Of a DNA stretch of 64,000 bases, positions 48,620 through 60,044 are shown one piece after another. Under the pieces are notes generated by a model. That model was not told the DNA's origin and did no database searches. It worked only from the letters and a program-made list of their open reading frames with translations. This DNA comes from an uncultured Candidatus Saccharibacteria bacterium (lineage in GTDB: Bacteria > Patescibacteriota > Minisyncoccia > Phycocordibacterales > UBA5272): the NCBI GenBank assembly GCA_964512315.1, contig CAZEIK010000003.1, positions 22,548-86,547 of the forward strand, in the 5' to 3' direction. Numbering within the stretch: the first letter of the stretch is position 1; each line of letters starts with the position of its first letter. The position numbers were made by a program, and so were the translations under genes.

Positions 48620-49850
48620 ATGGTAATAAGACTTCTGGTACTGTTATTGTACCATCTGCATTTTGATAATTTTCAATTATTGCAGTTACTAGTCTTGGTG
48701 TTGCAGCTGCTGTGTTGTTGAGCGAGTGAGTGAATTTAACTTTACCCTCAACATCTTTGTATCTAATATTAAGGCGCCTAGTCTGAAAGTCGTGGAAGTA
48801 GCTACAGCTATGAGTCTCACGATATTTATTTTGACTAGGCATCCAAGCTTCTATGTCATACTTCTTCACTTGTCCTAATCCTAAGTCAGCACCACAGTTA
48901 ACTACTGTGTGATAAGGTATACCGAGCTCCTCCATCATCTCCTCTGCGTTACGAAGCAACTCTTCATGATGCATAACAGATGTCTCATGCGAAGCCTCAC
49001 ACAATACAACTTGCTCTAATTTGTAGAACTCATGCACACGAACCAAACCCTTAACATCTTTGCCATGACTGCCAGCCTCCTTGCGGAAACATGTTGAGAA
49101 AGCCAGATACTTCTTAGGCAAGTCAGATTGATTCATAACTTCTCCAGAGTGATAGAACATAGTAGCAACTTCACCAGTACCAGATAGGTAGTCCTCGCCA
49201 TCTTTGTACAAATCATCCTCACCTTGTGGCAAATACCCTGATCCAAGCAATGTCTCTCGCTTAACCATAGATGGCACTATCATTGGTGTGAAGCCTTTCT
49301 TTGACCATTTAGTCATAACATATTGCCATATAGCCATCTCAAGCAGGGCTCCGTCATTTTTTAAGAAATAACCTCTAAAGCCAGATGTCTTAGTTCCTCT
49401 CTCGAAGTCAACCATGTCATTTTGTTCCATGATTTCTATGTGATCTCTGACTTGGAAGTCATACTGCTTCGGCTCGCCCCACTTCTTGACCTCAACGTTA
49501 TCATTATCACTGTCTCCATCTGGAACCGTCATGTCAGGGACATTGGGAACTTGTAACATCAGCTCACGCCAACGCTTCATAACTGGCTCTAACTCTTCTT
49601 CAACTTTTTTCAAATCATCTTTTACAACCTTTAAAGTATTCAAAAGTGTATCTCTTTCCGCGCCAACCACTCTCTGCATCTCTTCTCCTGCCGCATTCTG
49701 CTTAGCTCGCAAATCTTCCGCTCTTTTTAGAATCTCAACTCTCTTGGTGTCAATATTCACAAGTTCATCCACGTCGAACTTCAGCTTCTTTTTTAGAGCG
49801 GCAGCCTTGATTACTTCTTTATTCTCACGGACAAACTTAATATCTAGCAT
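48579..49850 (-). CDS. serS: Serine--tRNA ligase
   Basis: MLDIKFVREN, CFRKEAGSHGKDVKGLVRVHEFYKLEQ, YRETHSCS, HSLNNT. Confidence 0.97.
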   Translation of the reverse strand: MLDIKFVRENKEVIKAAALKKKLKFDVDELVNIDTKRVEILKRAEDLRAKQNAAGEEMQRVVGAERDTLLNTLKVVKDDLKKVEEELEPVMKRWRELMLQVPNVPDMTVPDGDSDNDNVEVKKWGEPKQYDFQVRDHIEIMEQNDMVDFERGTKTSGFRGYFLKNDGALLEMAIWQYVMTKWSKKGFTPMIVPSMVKRETLLGSGYLPQGEDDLYKDGEDYLSGTGEVATMFYHSGEVMNQSDLPKKYLAFSTCFRKEAGSHGKDVKGLVRVHEFYKLEQVVLCEASHETSVMHHEELLRNAEEMMEELGIPYHTVVNCGADLGLGQVKKYDIEAWMPSQNKYRETHSCSYFHDFQTRRLNIRYKDVEGKVKFTHSLNNTAAATPRLVTAIIENYQNADGTITVPEVLLPYVGKTILGQSKVA

Positions 49851-49865
49851 AGTTTCTATAGTTTA

Positions 49866-50276
49866 TTAACGATTGTACTTTTTAGCAAGCTTGAAACGAT
49901 TCAACTCGCGCAACAGATCGCTGTTAGTATCGAGGCCAGTGTCATCCATTTTTATATTCTTTAACTCTAGCGCACGGTCTAGCGCAGCCTTTGCGGTGTG
50001 TAAGTCTATGCTTTTTATATTCTCATTATGCTCAAGCAAGACCGAGACACGTGTCTGGCCTTTGTTATTTTCAATATTAATCACACCATTATAAGCGGCA
50101 AATATTTCTTCTTCTCCGTCATGGTTGAAACGTATCTCACCGCTGTCTATTGTAGACATTATTGGCTCATGACCAGAAAGAATACTAATAACACCATTCG
50201 AACTAGGCAATGTAACCTTTTCTACACTGCCTTCAAATATTTTCTTTTCTGGTGTTGCTATATAAAGATGTATCAT
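49866..50276 (-). CDS. atpC: ATP synthase F1 epsilon
   Basis: IATPEKKIFEG..V.LP...G.ISILSGHEP; follows atpD. Confidence 0.9.
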   Translation of the reverse strand: MIHLYIATPEKKIFEGSVEKVTLPSSNGVISILSGHEPIMSTIDSGEIRFNHDGEEEIFAAYNGVINIENNKGQTRVSVLLEHNENIKSIDLHTAKAALDRALELKNIKMDDTGLDTNSDLLRELNRFKLAKKYNR

Positions 50277-50280
50277 TATT

Positions 50281-51657
<1,377 letters not shown>

Positions 51658-51676
51658 TTATTTTGACCGATGTATT

Positions 51677-51718
51677 ATAACATAAAAGGCGCTCGCTAGC
51701 GAGCGCCTTTTATGTTAT
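51677..51718. repeat. Perfect 42-bp palindrome (terminator overlapping atpD promoter)
   Basis: ATAACATAAAAGGCGCTCGCT|AGCGAGCGCCTTTTATGTTAT. Confidence 0.9.
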
Positions 51719-52588
51719 TTAGTAACCGTACCAACCTGTATATCTACAAGTTCCAGGTCTTGTTCCATCATAAGCAAATGTCTGATAGTACTGAGCTGTG
51801 TAACCTGTTGGACATGTACAGCGAGAAAGGTCTACCTGAACTCCATCACCAACCGCACAAACATTATTCCAAGTATTGTTATAGTTGTTATTATAGTTAC
51901 AATTACCATAATAATAACAAGTATCATAATAATTATTATTGTAGTTATTATTATAATTACCGTTACTTTGGCACATAAAAGTACCAATGCCATAAGACGT
52001 AACAACGTATCCAGATGGACAAGAACATGTATTTGTACTGTAAATAGTATTTAGATTACAAATAGAAGAGTTGTTCCAGTTGTTATTGTTATTATAGTAA
52101 CCATTAATTTGGCAAGAGAATGCACCACTTCCAGAAACTGGATAATATGCATAATATCCAGATGGACATATACAAGTATTAGAAAGATAAGTTGTATTCA
52201 GTGCACAAGTTGTATTGCTGTTATTGTTGTTATAGTTAACAGGAGTGTTACATGACTTTGCGCGTAACGCTTCACGAGTCATTGTTCCTACATATCCAGT
52301 AGCTGACAAGTTGTTAGCTGATTGAAAATTCTTCACAGCCTGAACTGTAGCATTACCAAAGAATCCAGTAGGATCCTGATACATATATCCCATTTGACCC
52401 AAAAGCTCTTGAAGCTTTGATACTTCTGAGCCAGTATTGCTGTCTCTGTCACCTTTTCTCATATTATAAGAAAAAGTTGTACAAGTGATTGTGTTATTTG
52501 AATTTGAATCAAAATCACCAGAAACTTGTGCCGAAATAGGCAAAATAGTTATAAAAAATAAGGAAATAATGGTTGCTAGCTTTTTCAT
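51719..52588 (-). CDS. Secreted protein: peptidoglycan-binding domain plus Cys-rich repeats with Asn/Tyr linkers
   Basis: Signal peptide; EVSKLQELL...TGFFGNATVQAVKNFQ...TGYVGTMTREAL (PG_binding_1-like); three C.CP[ST]GY modules. Confidence 0.8.
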   Translation of the reverse strand: MKKLATIISLFFITILPISAQVSGDFDSNSNNTITCTTFSYNMRKGDRDSNTGSEVSKLQELLGQMGYMYQDPTGFFGNATVQAVKNFQSANNLSATGYVGTMTREALRAKSCNTPVNYNNNNSNTTCALNTTYLSNTCICPSGYYAYYPVSGSGAFSCQINGYYNNNNNWNNSSICNLNTIYSTNTCSCPSGYVVTSYGIGTFMCQSNGNYNNNYNNNYYDTCYYYGNCNYNNNYNNTWNNVCAVGDGVQVDLSRCTCPTGYTAQYYQTFAYDGTRPGTCRYTGWYGY

Positions 52589-52632
52589 GCCTTCATACTA
52601 CAGCTAAACACAAAACTCGTCAAGTGCTAGCT

Positions 52633-53490
52633 TTATTTTGCAATCGCTAATGCTCCGCTAGATATTTCAGCTATTTCTTGAGTAATACCAGCCTGACGCA
52701 CTTTGTTGTACCACAACTTTAACTCACCCAACATCTCGCCTGCGTTATCTGTTGCAGTCTTCATCGCCATCATGCGAGCAGCATGCTCAGCTGCAGATGA
52801 CCTGGCAACAAAAGCTGACAAAATATTCTGCAAGATAATCTTTATCGCTCTATCGTACACAACTGTAACGTTTGGCTCGAAAGTATACTCGAGTCCATCA
52901 ATGCTATCTTTGTTATCAATATTTTTATTACTAAATGGAAGCAACTGAACAGTGTCCACTCTCTGAGAATTAATATTTTCAAAATCTGTATATATAACAT
53001 CCACCCCAGAATAAGCCCCTTCGAGAAAAGCTGACACTATTGTCTTTGTTAACACCCTCGCCGAAGACATAGAGAAAACTTTCTCATTAAATGAAGCGAT
53101 AACACTAGAAGTATCTCCATCGAACTTCTTAGCTATCTTCTCGCCATATTTGCCAATACATATAAAGTCCACATGCCCAGCATTATCTTTTACATATTTG
53201 TATACTTTTCTATATATATTTGTATTGAAGCCACCACACAGCCCCTTCTGACCACCTATTACAATCAAAAGTTTTTTGTGACTATCATTAGGCACTTGTA
53301 GAGGGTGCTTCTCTCTTTGTTCACCAAGTATCGCTAATATTCTCTTTGCTTCTAGAGTAAAAGCCTTATACCCTTCTGCAGTCAAAAGTGACTTTTTCAT
53401 TTTGGCTACTGACACCATCTCCATAGTACGAGTAATCTTACGTATACTTTGAGTTGATTTTATTTTGCTTTTAATTGCTCTAGTTTGCAT
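52633..53490 (-). CDS. atpG: ATP synthase F1 gamma
   Basis: KITRTMEMVSVAK, GLCGGFN, EHAARMMAMKTATDNA, RQAGITQEIAEI. Confidence 0.97.
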   Translation of the reverse strand: MQTRAIKSKIKSTQSIRKITRTMEMVSVAKMKKSLLTAEGYKAFTLEAKRILAILGEQREKHPLQVPNDSHKKLLIVIGGQKGLCGGFNTNIYRKVYKYVKDNAGHVDFICIGKYGEKIAKKFDGDTSSVIASFNEKVFSMSSARVLTKTIVSAFLEGAYSGVDVIYTDFENINSQRVDTVQLLPFSNKNIDNKDSIDGLEYTFEPNVTVVYDRAIKIILQNILSAFVARSSAAEHAARMMAMKTATDNAGEMLGELKLWYNKVRQAGITQEIAEISSGALAIAK

Positions 53491-53522
53491 GAGTTAGAAA
53501 CTTATATAAAGAAAAAAGAAGA

Positions 53523-55028
53523 TTATTTTGTCTTAGACATGTAGTCTGACTTTACTGTTGCGAGGAAATCTTTTAACTCACCTTCTATCTCCTCATTCCA
53601 ATCTTTAGAAAGCTTGGCTTCTAATTCTTTGTGGTAAGTAGCAAGTGAATTCTGCATAAAGCTTTCAAAGTCTGAAATATTCTTAACATCTATGTCATCA
53701 GTCACTCCAGAGTTAACAGCATAGATAGACGCAGTCTGAGCACCAACACTCATAGGCTCACCATTCTTTTGTTTTAACATCTCTACTGTACGCTTGCCAC
53801 GCTCAATAGTTGACTTGGTTGTCGCATCTAGGTCTGAGTCGAATTGAGCAAAGCTTTCTAGTTCACGATATTGAGCTAGATTAAGCTTCATCATACCAGC
53901 ATTCTTCTTCATTGGTTTCAACTGTGCAGCCGAACCCACACGAGATACAGACAATCCTACATCAATAGCAGGACGTATACCACGATAGAAGAGTCCTGAG
54001 TCCAAGAATATCTGTCCGTCAGTAATAGAGATAACATTAGTAGCAACATAAGCCGATATATCTCCAGCTTGAGTCTCAATAATAGGTAAAGCAGTAATAG
54101 ACCCTCCACCATTCTCAGCGTTCAGCCTACATGCACGCTCGAGCAATCTTGAGTGTAAATAGAAAACATCTCCAGGATAAGCCTCACGTCCTGGTGGTCT
54201 GCGAAGAAGTAGTGACATCTCACGATAAGCAATAGCATGCTTAGACAAGTCATCATAAATAACTAATACGTCTTTGCCTTGCTCCATAAAATACTCCGCA
54301 ACAGCAACACCTGAATAAGGCGCAAGGAAGGATTTGGCTGCACCACCTGATACACCAGCTAATACAACAACTGTATAATCCATCGCCCCCGCTTGAGTTA
54401 GCTTCTCAGTAATCTGCGCAACTTTACTTTCCTTTTGACCAATAGCAACATAAACACAAATAACATCTTTACCTTTTTGATTGATGATTGTGTCTATTGC
54501 TATTGTGGTCTTACCTGTCTGACGGTCACCGATAATAAGCTCACGCTGACCACGACCAACTGGGATCATAGCGTCTATGGATTTTATACCTGTCTGCATT
54601 GGTTGATTGACTGGCTCGCGAGTCATCACACCAGGGGCTACACGCTCAACAACTTGCAACTTAGAAGCAGATATCTTCTTACCTCCATCTAGTGGGTTCA
54701 TAAGAGGGTCCACAACTCTACCCAATATCTCATCCGAAACAGGCACAGAAAGAATTGAATTAGTTCTAGTCACCCTCTCTCCTTCTGATATTTTGTCAGC
54801 ACCATCAATTACCACCACTCCAACATTGTCAGTCTCTAGATTAAGAGCTAGACCTTTTGCGCCAGATGCGAACTCGAGCATTTCCATGCTTTGCGCATTC
54901 TCAAGACCATATACAGAAGCGATACCATCGTATACCTTGGCAACTGTACCTGACTCTTTTACCTCAATACTAGTATTACTATTATTGATTGCTGACTCTA
55001 ACTCTTTTACTATATTTTGTACTGACAT
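53523..55028 (-). CDS. atpA: ATP synthase F1 alpha
   Basis: [38 protein letters not shown]. Confidence 0.98.
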   Translation of the reverse strand: MSVQNIVKELESAINNSNTSIEVKESGTVAKVYDGIASVYGLENAQSMEMLEFASGAKGLALNLETDNVGVVVIDGADKISEGERVTRTNSILSVPVSDEILGRVVDPLMNPLDGGKKISASKLQVVERVAPGVMTREPVNQPMQTGIKSIDAMIPVGRGQRELIIGDRQTGKTTIAIDTIINQKGKDVICVYVAIGQKESKVAQITEKLTQAGAMDYTVVVLAGVSGGAAKSFLAPYSGVAVAEYFMEQGKDVLVIYDDLSKHAIAYREMSLLLRRPPGREAYPGDVFYLHSRLLERACRLNAENGGGSITALPIIETQAGDISAYVATNVISITDGQIFLDSGLFYRGIRPAIDVGLSVSRVGSAAQLKPMKKNAGMMKLNLAQYRELESFAQFDSDLDATTKSTIERGKRTVEMLKQKNGEPMSVGAQTASIYAVNSGVTDDIDVKNISDFESFMQNSLATYHKELEAKLSKDWNEEIEGELKDFLATVKSDYMSKTK

Positions 55029-55039
55029 AATGTTTTTGT

Positions 55040-55378
55040 TTATTTGATAATTTGTTTTAATAATCCATCTAGCGAGGCGTCCAAGATTTTATTTTTAGTA
55101 TAAACTCTGAATCCGGCTATCATGTCTTTATTAACTTTTTGCTTTTGTATTTTGAGGCCGAATTTACTTTCTATAGAAGCGCGAGCCTCATCACTGGTCT
55201 CGAACGGCGTCTCGAGCAATACTTCATCTTGCGTTTCTGTAAAAATTCTTTTCTTGTTTAGGAACTCTAAAGCTTTGGGCAGCAAAAAATTTAGCTTCTT
55301 CTTTTTAACAATATCCAAAAGCTGTTTTGTATTATTTGGATATTTTATAAATACTTCTGCTAATTCTGCCGCCTTCAT
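55040..55378 (-). CDS. atpH: ATP synthase F1 delta (short)
   Basis: Between atpF and atpA; [11 protein letters not shown]....ILDASL motif. Confidence 0.8.
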   Translation of the reverse strand: MKAAELAEVFIKYPNNTKQLLDIVKKKKLNFLLPKALEFLNKKRIFTETQDEVLLETPFETSDEARASIESKFGLKIQKQKVNKDMIAGFRVYTKNKILDASLDGLLKQIIK

Positions 55379-55383
55379 TGTTT

Positions 55384-55884
55384 TTACTTTTTAGCGAGTT
55401 GCATGACTATTTTGTCATGTTGCTCTTTTGTTAAGGTCTCAGAAAGTGTTTTCTTCAAAAGGTCTGCAACAAGATTCGGAGCGTAAGTGGCGAACTCTTT
55501 TGCAACACTTTCTTCTGCTCCAGCAATTTTAGATCGCAAGTCTTTGTGTAACTTGTCAGCCTCTAATCTTGCGTCATTGGTAATCTCATCAACAGTCTGC
55601 TTACCAGCATCTACCGCTTTGTGTAAAATGGTTTCTGCTTCAGCCTTTGCAGAACGGACCCTTTCTTCAGCTTCGTCTTTTGCATTGCGAAGTAACTGCT
55701 CAGCGTTAGAAGCATTATCCAGACCTTTTTTAATTACAGATTCACGCTCACGTACAAGATTAACAACTTTTCCAAATACAAATTTGTTCAATACAAAAAG
55801 TATTATTAAAAAGTTAATAAAGTTAGCAAGCGCAACATGCCAATTAAAACCTATTGATTCTAAAATTGAATGGATGAACTCCAT
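55384..55884 (-). CDS. atpF: ATP synthase F0 subunit b
   Basis: ANFINFLIILFVLNKFVF TM, ERE..I..GL..A coiled coil. Confidence 0.92.
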   Translation of the reverse strand: MEFIHSILESIGFNWHVALANFINFLIILFVLNKFVFGKVVNLVRERESVIKKGLDNASNAEQLLRNAKDEAEERVRSAKAEAETILHKAVDAGKQTVDEITNDARLEADKLHKDLRSKIAGAEESVAKEFATYAPNLVADLLKKTLSETLTKEQHDKIVMQLAKK

Positions 55885-55888
55885 TTAT

Positions 55889-56110
55889 TTAGTTGCCTAA
55901 TAAGAAGAATGCAACGAATGCGAAGATCGCTGTTGTCTCGGTCATCGCCACACCCACGATCATTTTAGAGAAAATACTACCTTCGATCTCAGGATTGCGC
56001 CCAATTGCTTCGAAAGCTTTACCGATAAGATAACCCTGTCCTAGGGCTGTTGTTAGCATGCCTAATATTGCCATGCCTTTTGCTATATAAATTGCTGCTT
56101 CTGGTGTCAT
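55889..56110 (-). CDS. atpE: ATP synthase F0 subunit c
   Basis: ALGQGYL..KAFEAIGRNPE, AMTETTAIF; start at ATG 56110. Confidence 0.93.
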   Translation of the reverse strand: MTPEAAIYIAKGMAILGMLTTALGQGYLIGKAFEAIGRNPEIEGSIFSKMIVGVAMTETTAIFAFVAFFLLGN

Positions 56111-56156
56111 ACAGTTGGAAATTATATCACATTTTGTAACCTTAACCAAGGAATAA

Positions 56157-56579
56157 CTATTTAATCGCTACCAGTAATGTTCCAGCTACGACAAGGATAA
56201 GGCCAAACACGGCGCGCATTGTGATGCCATCACCTAATACAACAACAGCAAGGGCTGCGGTTAAGACTATGCTTAACTTGTCTATGACAGTAACAGATAC
56301 AGTCGGACCATTAGCAAGAGCGTAATAAAAGAAAAGCCAAGACAATGCACCACCTGCACCCGAGAGTATAATATACATCCACTGCTTTGCAGTTAGAGCT
56401 GACATGGCGGCTTGGTCCAGTTTACCCAAAAGTAATGCTGCTAACGTCACAATCACCGCCATCACCACACCACGAAGACTGGTTAACAAGTTAGAATCAA
56501 CGCCCTTGAGTCCGAATTTGGCAAAAATAGTTCCAAGTGATGCAGCAACAGCACCAGCTAAAGCATAAAATATGTACAT
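56157..56579 (-). CDS. EamA family transporter (single domain)
   Basis: IFAKFGLKGVDSNL, SWLFFYYAL..GP.V.V..IDKLS. Confidence 0.88.
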   Translation of the reverse strand: MYIFYALAGAVAASLGTIFAKFGLKGVDSNLLTSLRGVVMAVIVTLAALLLGKLDQAAMSALTAKQWMYIILSGAGGALSWLFFYYALANGPTVSVTVIDKLSIVLTAALAVVVLGDGITMRAVFGLILVVAGTLLVAIK

Positions 56580-56621
56580 AAGTAGAAGTATATAACAATA
56601 AGCATCTGTTACAATAGGAAA

Positions 56622-57098
56622 ATGGTAAAGAGAAATAGGAAACAAAAATCTCTCAAACAAAAACTCGAGCGCACTGCCCTATCCGCTACACATTGGATAG
56701 GCTCTATCGAGTCACTGATAATACATACTGCAGTATTTGTGTCTGCCTTTGCTCTCGTATTGTTCGGTGTGTCATTCGACCGTGTGTTGCTAGCACTCAC
56801 CACTGTACTCTCACTTGAAGCCATATACCTAGCCATTTTTATTCAAATGTCAGTAAATCAGAACACTATACAACTAGCTCAAGTTGAGAAGGATGTGGAG
56901 GAAATTCAGGAAGATATAGATGAGATACAAGAGGATGTGGAGGAAATTGCAGAGGATGTAGACGAGATCCAGGCTGACGTTGAACATATTGAGAAAGACA
57001 TCGATGAGATTCAGGAGGACGTACAAGAAATAGAAAAAGATGTCGACGAAATACAAGAAGACGTAGAGGACCTAACCGAAGAGGAGAAGAATGTTTAG
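56622..57098 (+). CDS. DUF1003-like membrane protein with acidic heptad-repeat coiled coil
   Basis: WIGS..SL..HT, LTTVLSLEAIYLAIFIQMSVN, then repeats of (E/D)EIQED(V/I). Confidence 0.75.
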   Translation: MVKRNRKQKSLKQKLERTALSATHWIGSIESLIIHTAVFVSAFALVLFGVSFDRVLLALTTVLSLEAIYLAIFIQMSVNQNTIQLAQVEKDVEEIQEDIDEIQEDVEEIAEDVDEIQADVEHIEKDIDEIQEDVQEIEKDVDEIQEDVEDLTEEEKNV

Positions 57099-57144
57099 AG
57101 TTTAAATAAATATTTTGTCTTTATAATTATGATAGACTATATTT

Positions 57145-58074
57145 ATGTTCAACAAACTTTTAGATAAATTAAGTAACGAAAAAACTCTATTTATAAATCT
57201 ATTTACAATTAATTTTGTTATATCTGTTTTGATTTTTTGTTTCTTTTTATTTTCTTATATGTTTGCTTCTGAAACCATACTAAAAGGTCTTAGTATTGGT
57301 AATTCAATTAGTATTTGGGACAGGTTTTTAGCGATACCTCTTATATCTGAAACAATAATAGGGACAATTTCCACTGTATTACATTTTGGTTTTAGTGCAT
57401 CAACTGTCAATTTAATATTAGTAGTGATTTGTTTTGTTTTTATAGTTTCCAGAAGCTTAATAATGACACTTTTTAATATTTTTGTATTCAAAGCAACAAA
57501 AAGCAAAAAGGTTCTACTTGCCGTGCTCCTAATTCCATACTTAATACAAATTACAAGTATGGCTTTTATATACAGAACACCGGAATATAAAAATTTTACA
57601 AATAAAGATTACAATGAAAAAGAAACAGCCAAACTAAATATAGAATATTCAGAAAATTATTCTAATAATAAATTTGAAAAATATATTAACTCTAATGGTT
57701 GTGACGAAGAGTATAATGACCCAAACAATACGTGGAGAGTTAATATCGACGAATGTGAAAGGCGTTCGATAAAAGAATACCTTGCCCAAAAGTATTATGT
57801 TAATAGTTTAAATCAACAAGAAACTGAGGAAAGTATTTTTAGTAAGTTTTTTGATAAATGTACTCAAATAGAAAATACAGTTAAACAAAATAAGTGTTTT
57901 GATGGATTCTTTTTATGGAAAAAGTACAACGACAAGGAATATTACCAATACTTACCGAACGAAAATAGTTCAGAATTCATTAAAAACCTACTAGAATCAA
58001 AAGAAAGTTACTGCTCTTTTGCTTACAAAAATGTAAAAGAAAAGGTTAATGCTTGTATAAAAAGACTACCTTAA
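57145..58074 (+). CDS. AT-rich hypothetical membrane protein with Cys-containing soluble domain
   Basis: 309-aa ORF, several TMs then Asn/Lys/Glu-rich domain with six Cys. Confidence 0.7.
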   Translation: MFNKLLDKLSNEKTLFINLFTINFVISVLIFCFFLFSYMFASETILKGLSIGNSISIWDRFLAIPLISETIIGTISTVLHFGFSASTVNLILVVICFVFIVSRSLIMTLFNIFVFKATKSKKVLLAVLLIPYLIQITSMAFIYRTPEYKNFTNKDYNEKETAKLNIEYSENYSNNKFEKYINSNGCDEEYNDPNNTWRVNIDECERRSIKEYLAQKYYVNSLNQQETEESIFSKFFDKCTQIENTVKQNKCFDGFFLWKKYNDKEYYQYLPNENSSEFIKNLLESKESYCSFAYKNVKEKVNACIKRLP

Positions 58075-58079
58075 CTCCA

Positions 58080-58118
58080 CTACACCTTAAACTCAATAAC
58101 GTCACCGTCTTTTATTAT
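58080..58118 (-). repeat. Diverged duplicate of the ychF 3' end
   Basis: Encodes IIKDGDVIEFKV* versus IVKDGDVIEFKV* at 58598-58636. Confidence 0.9.
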
Positions 58119-58140
58119 ACACATGTCAACACAATTGTAT

Positions 58141-58593
58141 TTACAACTTTTTCAAATCTAAAATGTGTGTAGCTTTGTATTCATTAGACTTTTTAAATCC
58201 CATAGACTCGTAAGCAAGTGCTGCGATTGGATTAGATGTAAACAAACGTAGAGTAGTAAAATTCTTTCTAGCTTCCTGAATAATCATATTCACTAAGAGT
58301 TTTGCTAAACCTTGTCTGCGATATTTTTGTGAGACATATATATGACGCACTCTACCTATATTTTTATCGTCCACATATTGATCTATGTTTAGGCCTCCTA
58401 TTGCAACACATTCACCTAAAACAAATATTCCCCAAAACTTTTCACCTTGTTTTGAAAAATCATTAACCCCACTTACCCATTCATCAATAGTTTTTCTAAC
58501 TGAATAATAACCTTCTGCTGTAGCCTCAAGGTCTAATTTATCTAACGAAGAAATATTTTCATCTGTGATCTGAATAGCTTTATAGTCAGTCAT
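58141..58593 (-). CDS. GNAT family N-acetyltransferase
   Basis: GRVRHIYVSQKYRRQGLAKLL, LRLFTSNP.A..YESMGF. Confidence 0.9.
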   Translation of the reverse strand: MTDYKAIQITDENISSLDKLDLEATAEGYYSVRKTIDEWVSGVNDFSKQGEKFWGIFVLGECVAIGGLNIDQYVDDKNIGRVRHIYVSQKYRRQGLAKLLVNMIIQEARKNFTTLRLFTSNPIAALAYESMGFKKSNEYKATHILDLKKL

Positions 58594-58597
58594 AAAT

Positions 58598-59695
58598 TTA
58601 CACCTTAAACTCGATTACGTCGCCGTCTTTTACAATATACTCTTTGCCTTCGGTGCGAAGTAGACCTTTGGATTTACAATTTGCAAATGACCCTTCACGT
58701 AGGAGGTCATCACAATGTACAACCTCGGCACGTATGAATTTGTCTTTGAAGTCGGTGTGTATTGCTTGGCCTGCAACTGGTGCTGTACTGCCTGCTTTAA
58801 TGGTCCATCCACGAGTCTCCTCAACTCCAGTTGTGAAGTATGTCTCTAGGCCAAGAGTCTTATAAGCTGCCTTGATTAGTGTCTGTATACCGTCATCCTT
58901 ACCTCCCAGCTCGCTACGCATCATACTCTTCTCCTCGCCTTCAAAATCTTTCAAGTCATCTTCTATCTTGGCGTCGATAGTACAATATTCAAAATTATTT
59001 TTATTCAAAAAGTCTATCAATGCTACAAATCTTGGGTCATTGCTTTCATCTAGATTATTACCTCCCGCCTTTTTATTAAGACCGTATAAGAACTTCTTAG
59101 CAGTTATAAGATTGAGCTGCTTGATTTGTTTCAACTCTTCTTCTGTATAACTCTCTTGCGAGACGAGTTTGCCACCTTCTAGTGTTCCGATTAATTTATC
59201 CAATAGTGCGTCGAGTGCTACGAACTCCTTATCGCCTTTTTTAACATCTTTTTGTATATTAGACTTTCTATTCTTACAAGTCTCTAGGTCGGCTTGAGAT
59301 AATTCAAAATTAATAACTTCAATGTCGAACAGTGGGTCAACTTTGTTATTAACATGCAGCACCTTGTCATCTTCAAATATTCTAACTATTTCAAGTATCG
59401 CGTCAGTCTCGCGTATATGAGAGAGGAATTTGTTACCAAGACCTTCACCTTCACTTGCCCCCTTCACAAGTCCTGCGATGTCTACGAACTCTATGACTGC
59501 TGGTATTGTGCGCTTGGTTTGTGATAATGTTGCTAACTTCCACAGTCTCTCATCAGGCACCTCAACAATACCGACAGATGGGTCGATAGTACAGAATGGA
59601 TAATTCTCAGCTGGTACCGAGTTCTTAGTGAGTGCGTTAAAGAGTGTACTCTTGCCAACATTCGGCAGCCCCACAATTCCAATAGATAGTGACAT
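58598..59695 (-). CDS. ychF: Redox-regulated ATPase YchF
   Basis: GIVGLPNVGKST, YPFCTIDP, DIAGLVKGASEGEGLGNKFL, EGKEYIVKDGDV. Confidence 0.97.
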   Translation of the reverse strand: MSLSIGIVGLPNVGKSTLFNALTKNSVPAENYPFCTIDPSVGIVEVPDERLWKLATLSQTKRTIPAVIEFVDIAGLVKGASEGEGLGNKFLSHIRETDAILEIVRIFEDDKVLHVNNKVDPLFDIEVINFELSQADLETCKNRKSNIQKDVKKGDKEFVALDALLDKLIGTLEGGKLVSQESYTEEELKQIKQLNLITAKKFLYGLNKKAGGNNLDESNDPRFVALIDFLNKNNFEYCTIDAKIEDDLKDFEGEEKSMMRSELGGKDDGIQTLIKAAYKTLGLETYFTTGVEETRGWTIKAGSTAPVAGQAIHTDFKDKFIRAEVVHCDDLLREGSFANCKSKGLLRTEGKEYIVKDGDVIEFKV

Positions 59696-59710
59696 AGTTA
59701 GAATATACTA

Positions 59711-59753
59711 ACATAAAACAAGACCAGCCCGAAGAGCTGGTCTTGTTTTATGT
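59711..59753. terminator. Intrinsic terminator hairpin
   Basis: ACATAAAACAAGACCAGC-CCGAAGA-GCTGGTCTTGTTTTATGT. Confidence 0.8.
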
Positions 59754-59761
59754 ATTTAAGA

Positions 59762-60043
59762 TTACTTCCCCTCCATTGCGGCTTGGGCCATTTGCTTTAG
59801 CTTGTTTGGGTCTTCATCTTTAAGCAGTTCAGCTAACTTAGATTGATACTTTTGCATTACTTCAAATGAAGCATACATCTCTGGCTTACCAGCGTCAGTC
59901 AAAGCTTTGATCTCTTTTGCTATATTCTCAAATAGCGCTGGATCTTTTTCCATTAATGTCATTATCATCTCTTGCTGATCTTTAGGAAGATTGCGTGTAC
60001 CAACTTTTGCAGCTTGTTTTAAAAAGAATTGTCTTATGCTCAT
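59762..60043 (-). CDS. Hypothetical helical protein
   Basis: ORF starting right after the DsbA stop; PKDQQEMIM..MEKDPALF..IAKEI. Confidence 0.7.
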   Translation of the reverse strand: MSIRQFFLKQAAKVGTRNLPKDQQEMIMTLMEKDPALFENIAKEIKALTDAGKPEMYASFEVMQKYQSKLAELLKDEDPNKLKQMAQAAMEGK

Positions 60044-60044
60044 G

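Noticed and set aside
51712-51978. + strand Tyr/Asn/His-rich ORF
   Set aside because: Antisense to the low-complexity Asn/Tyr region of the PG-binding protein
56880-57075. CRISPR array or DNA-level tandem repeat
   Set aside because: In-frame degenerate 21-nt coding repeats without spacers; no cas genes
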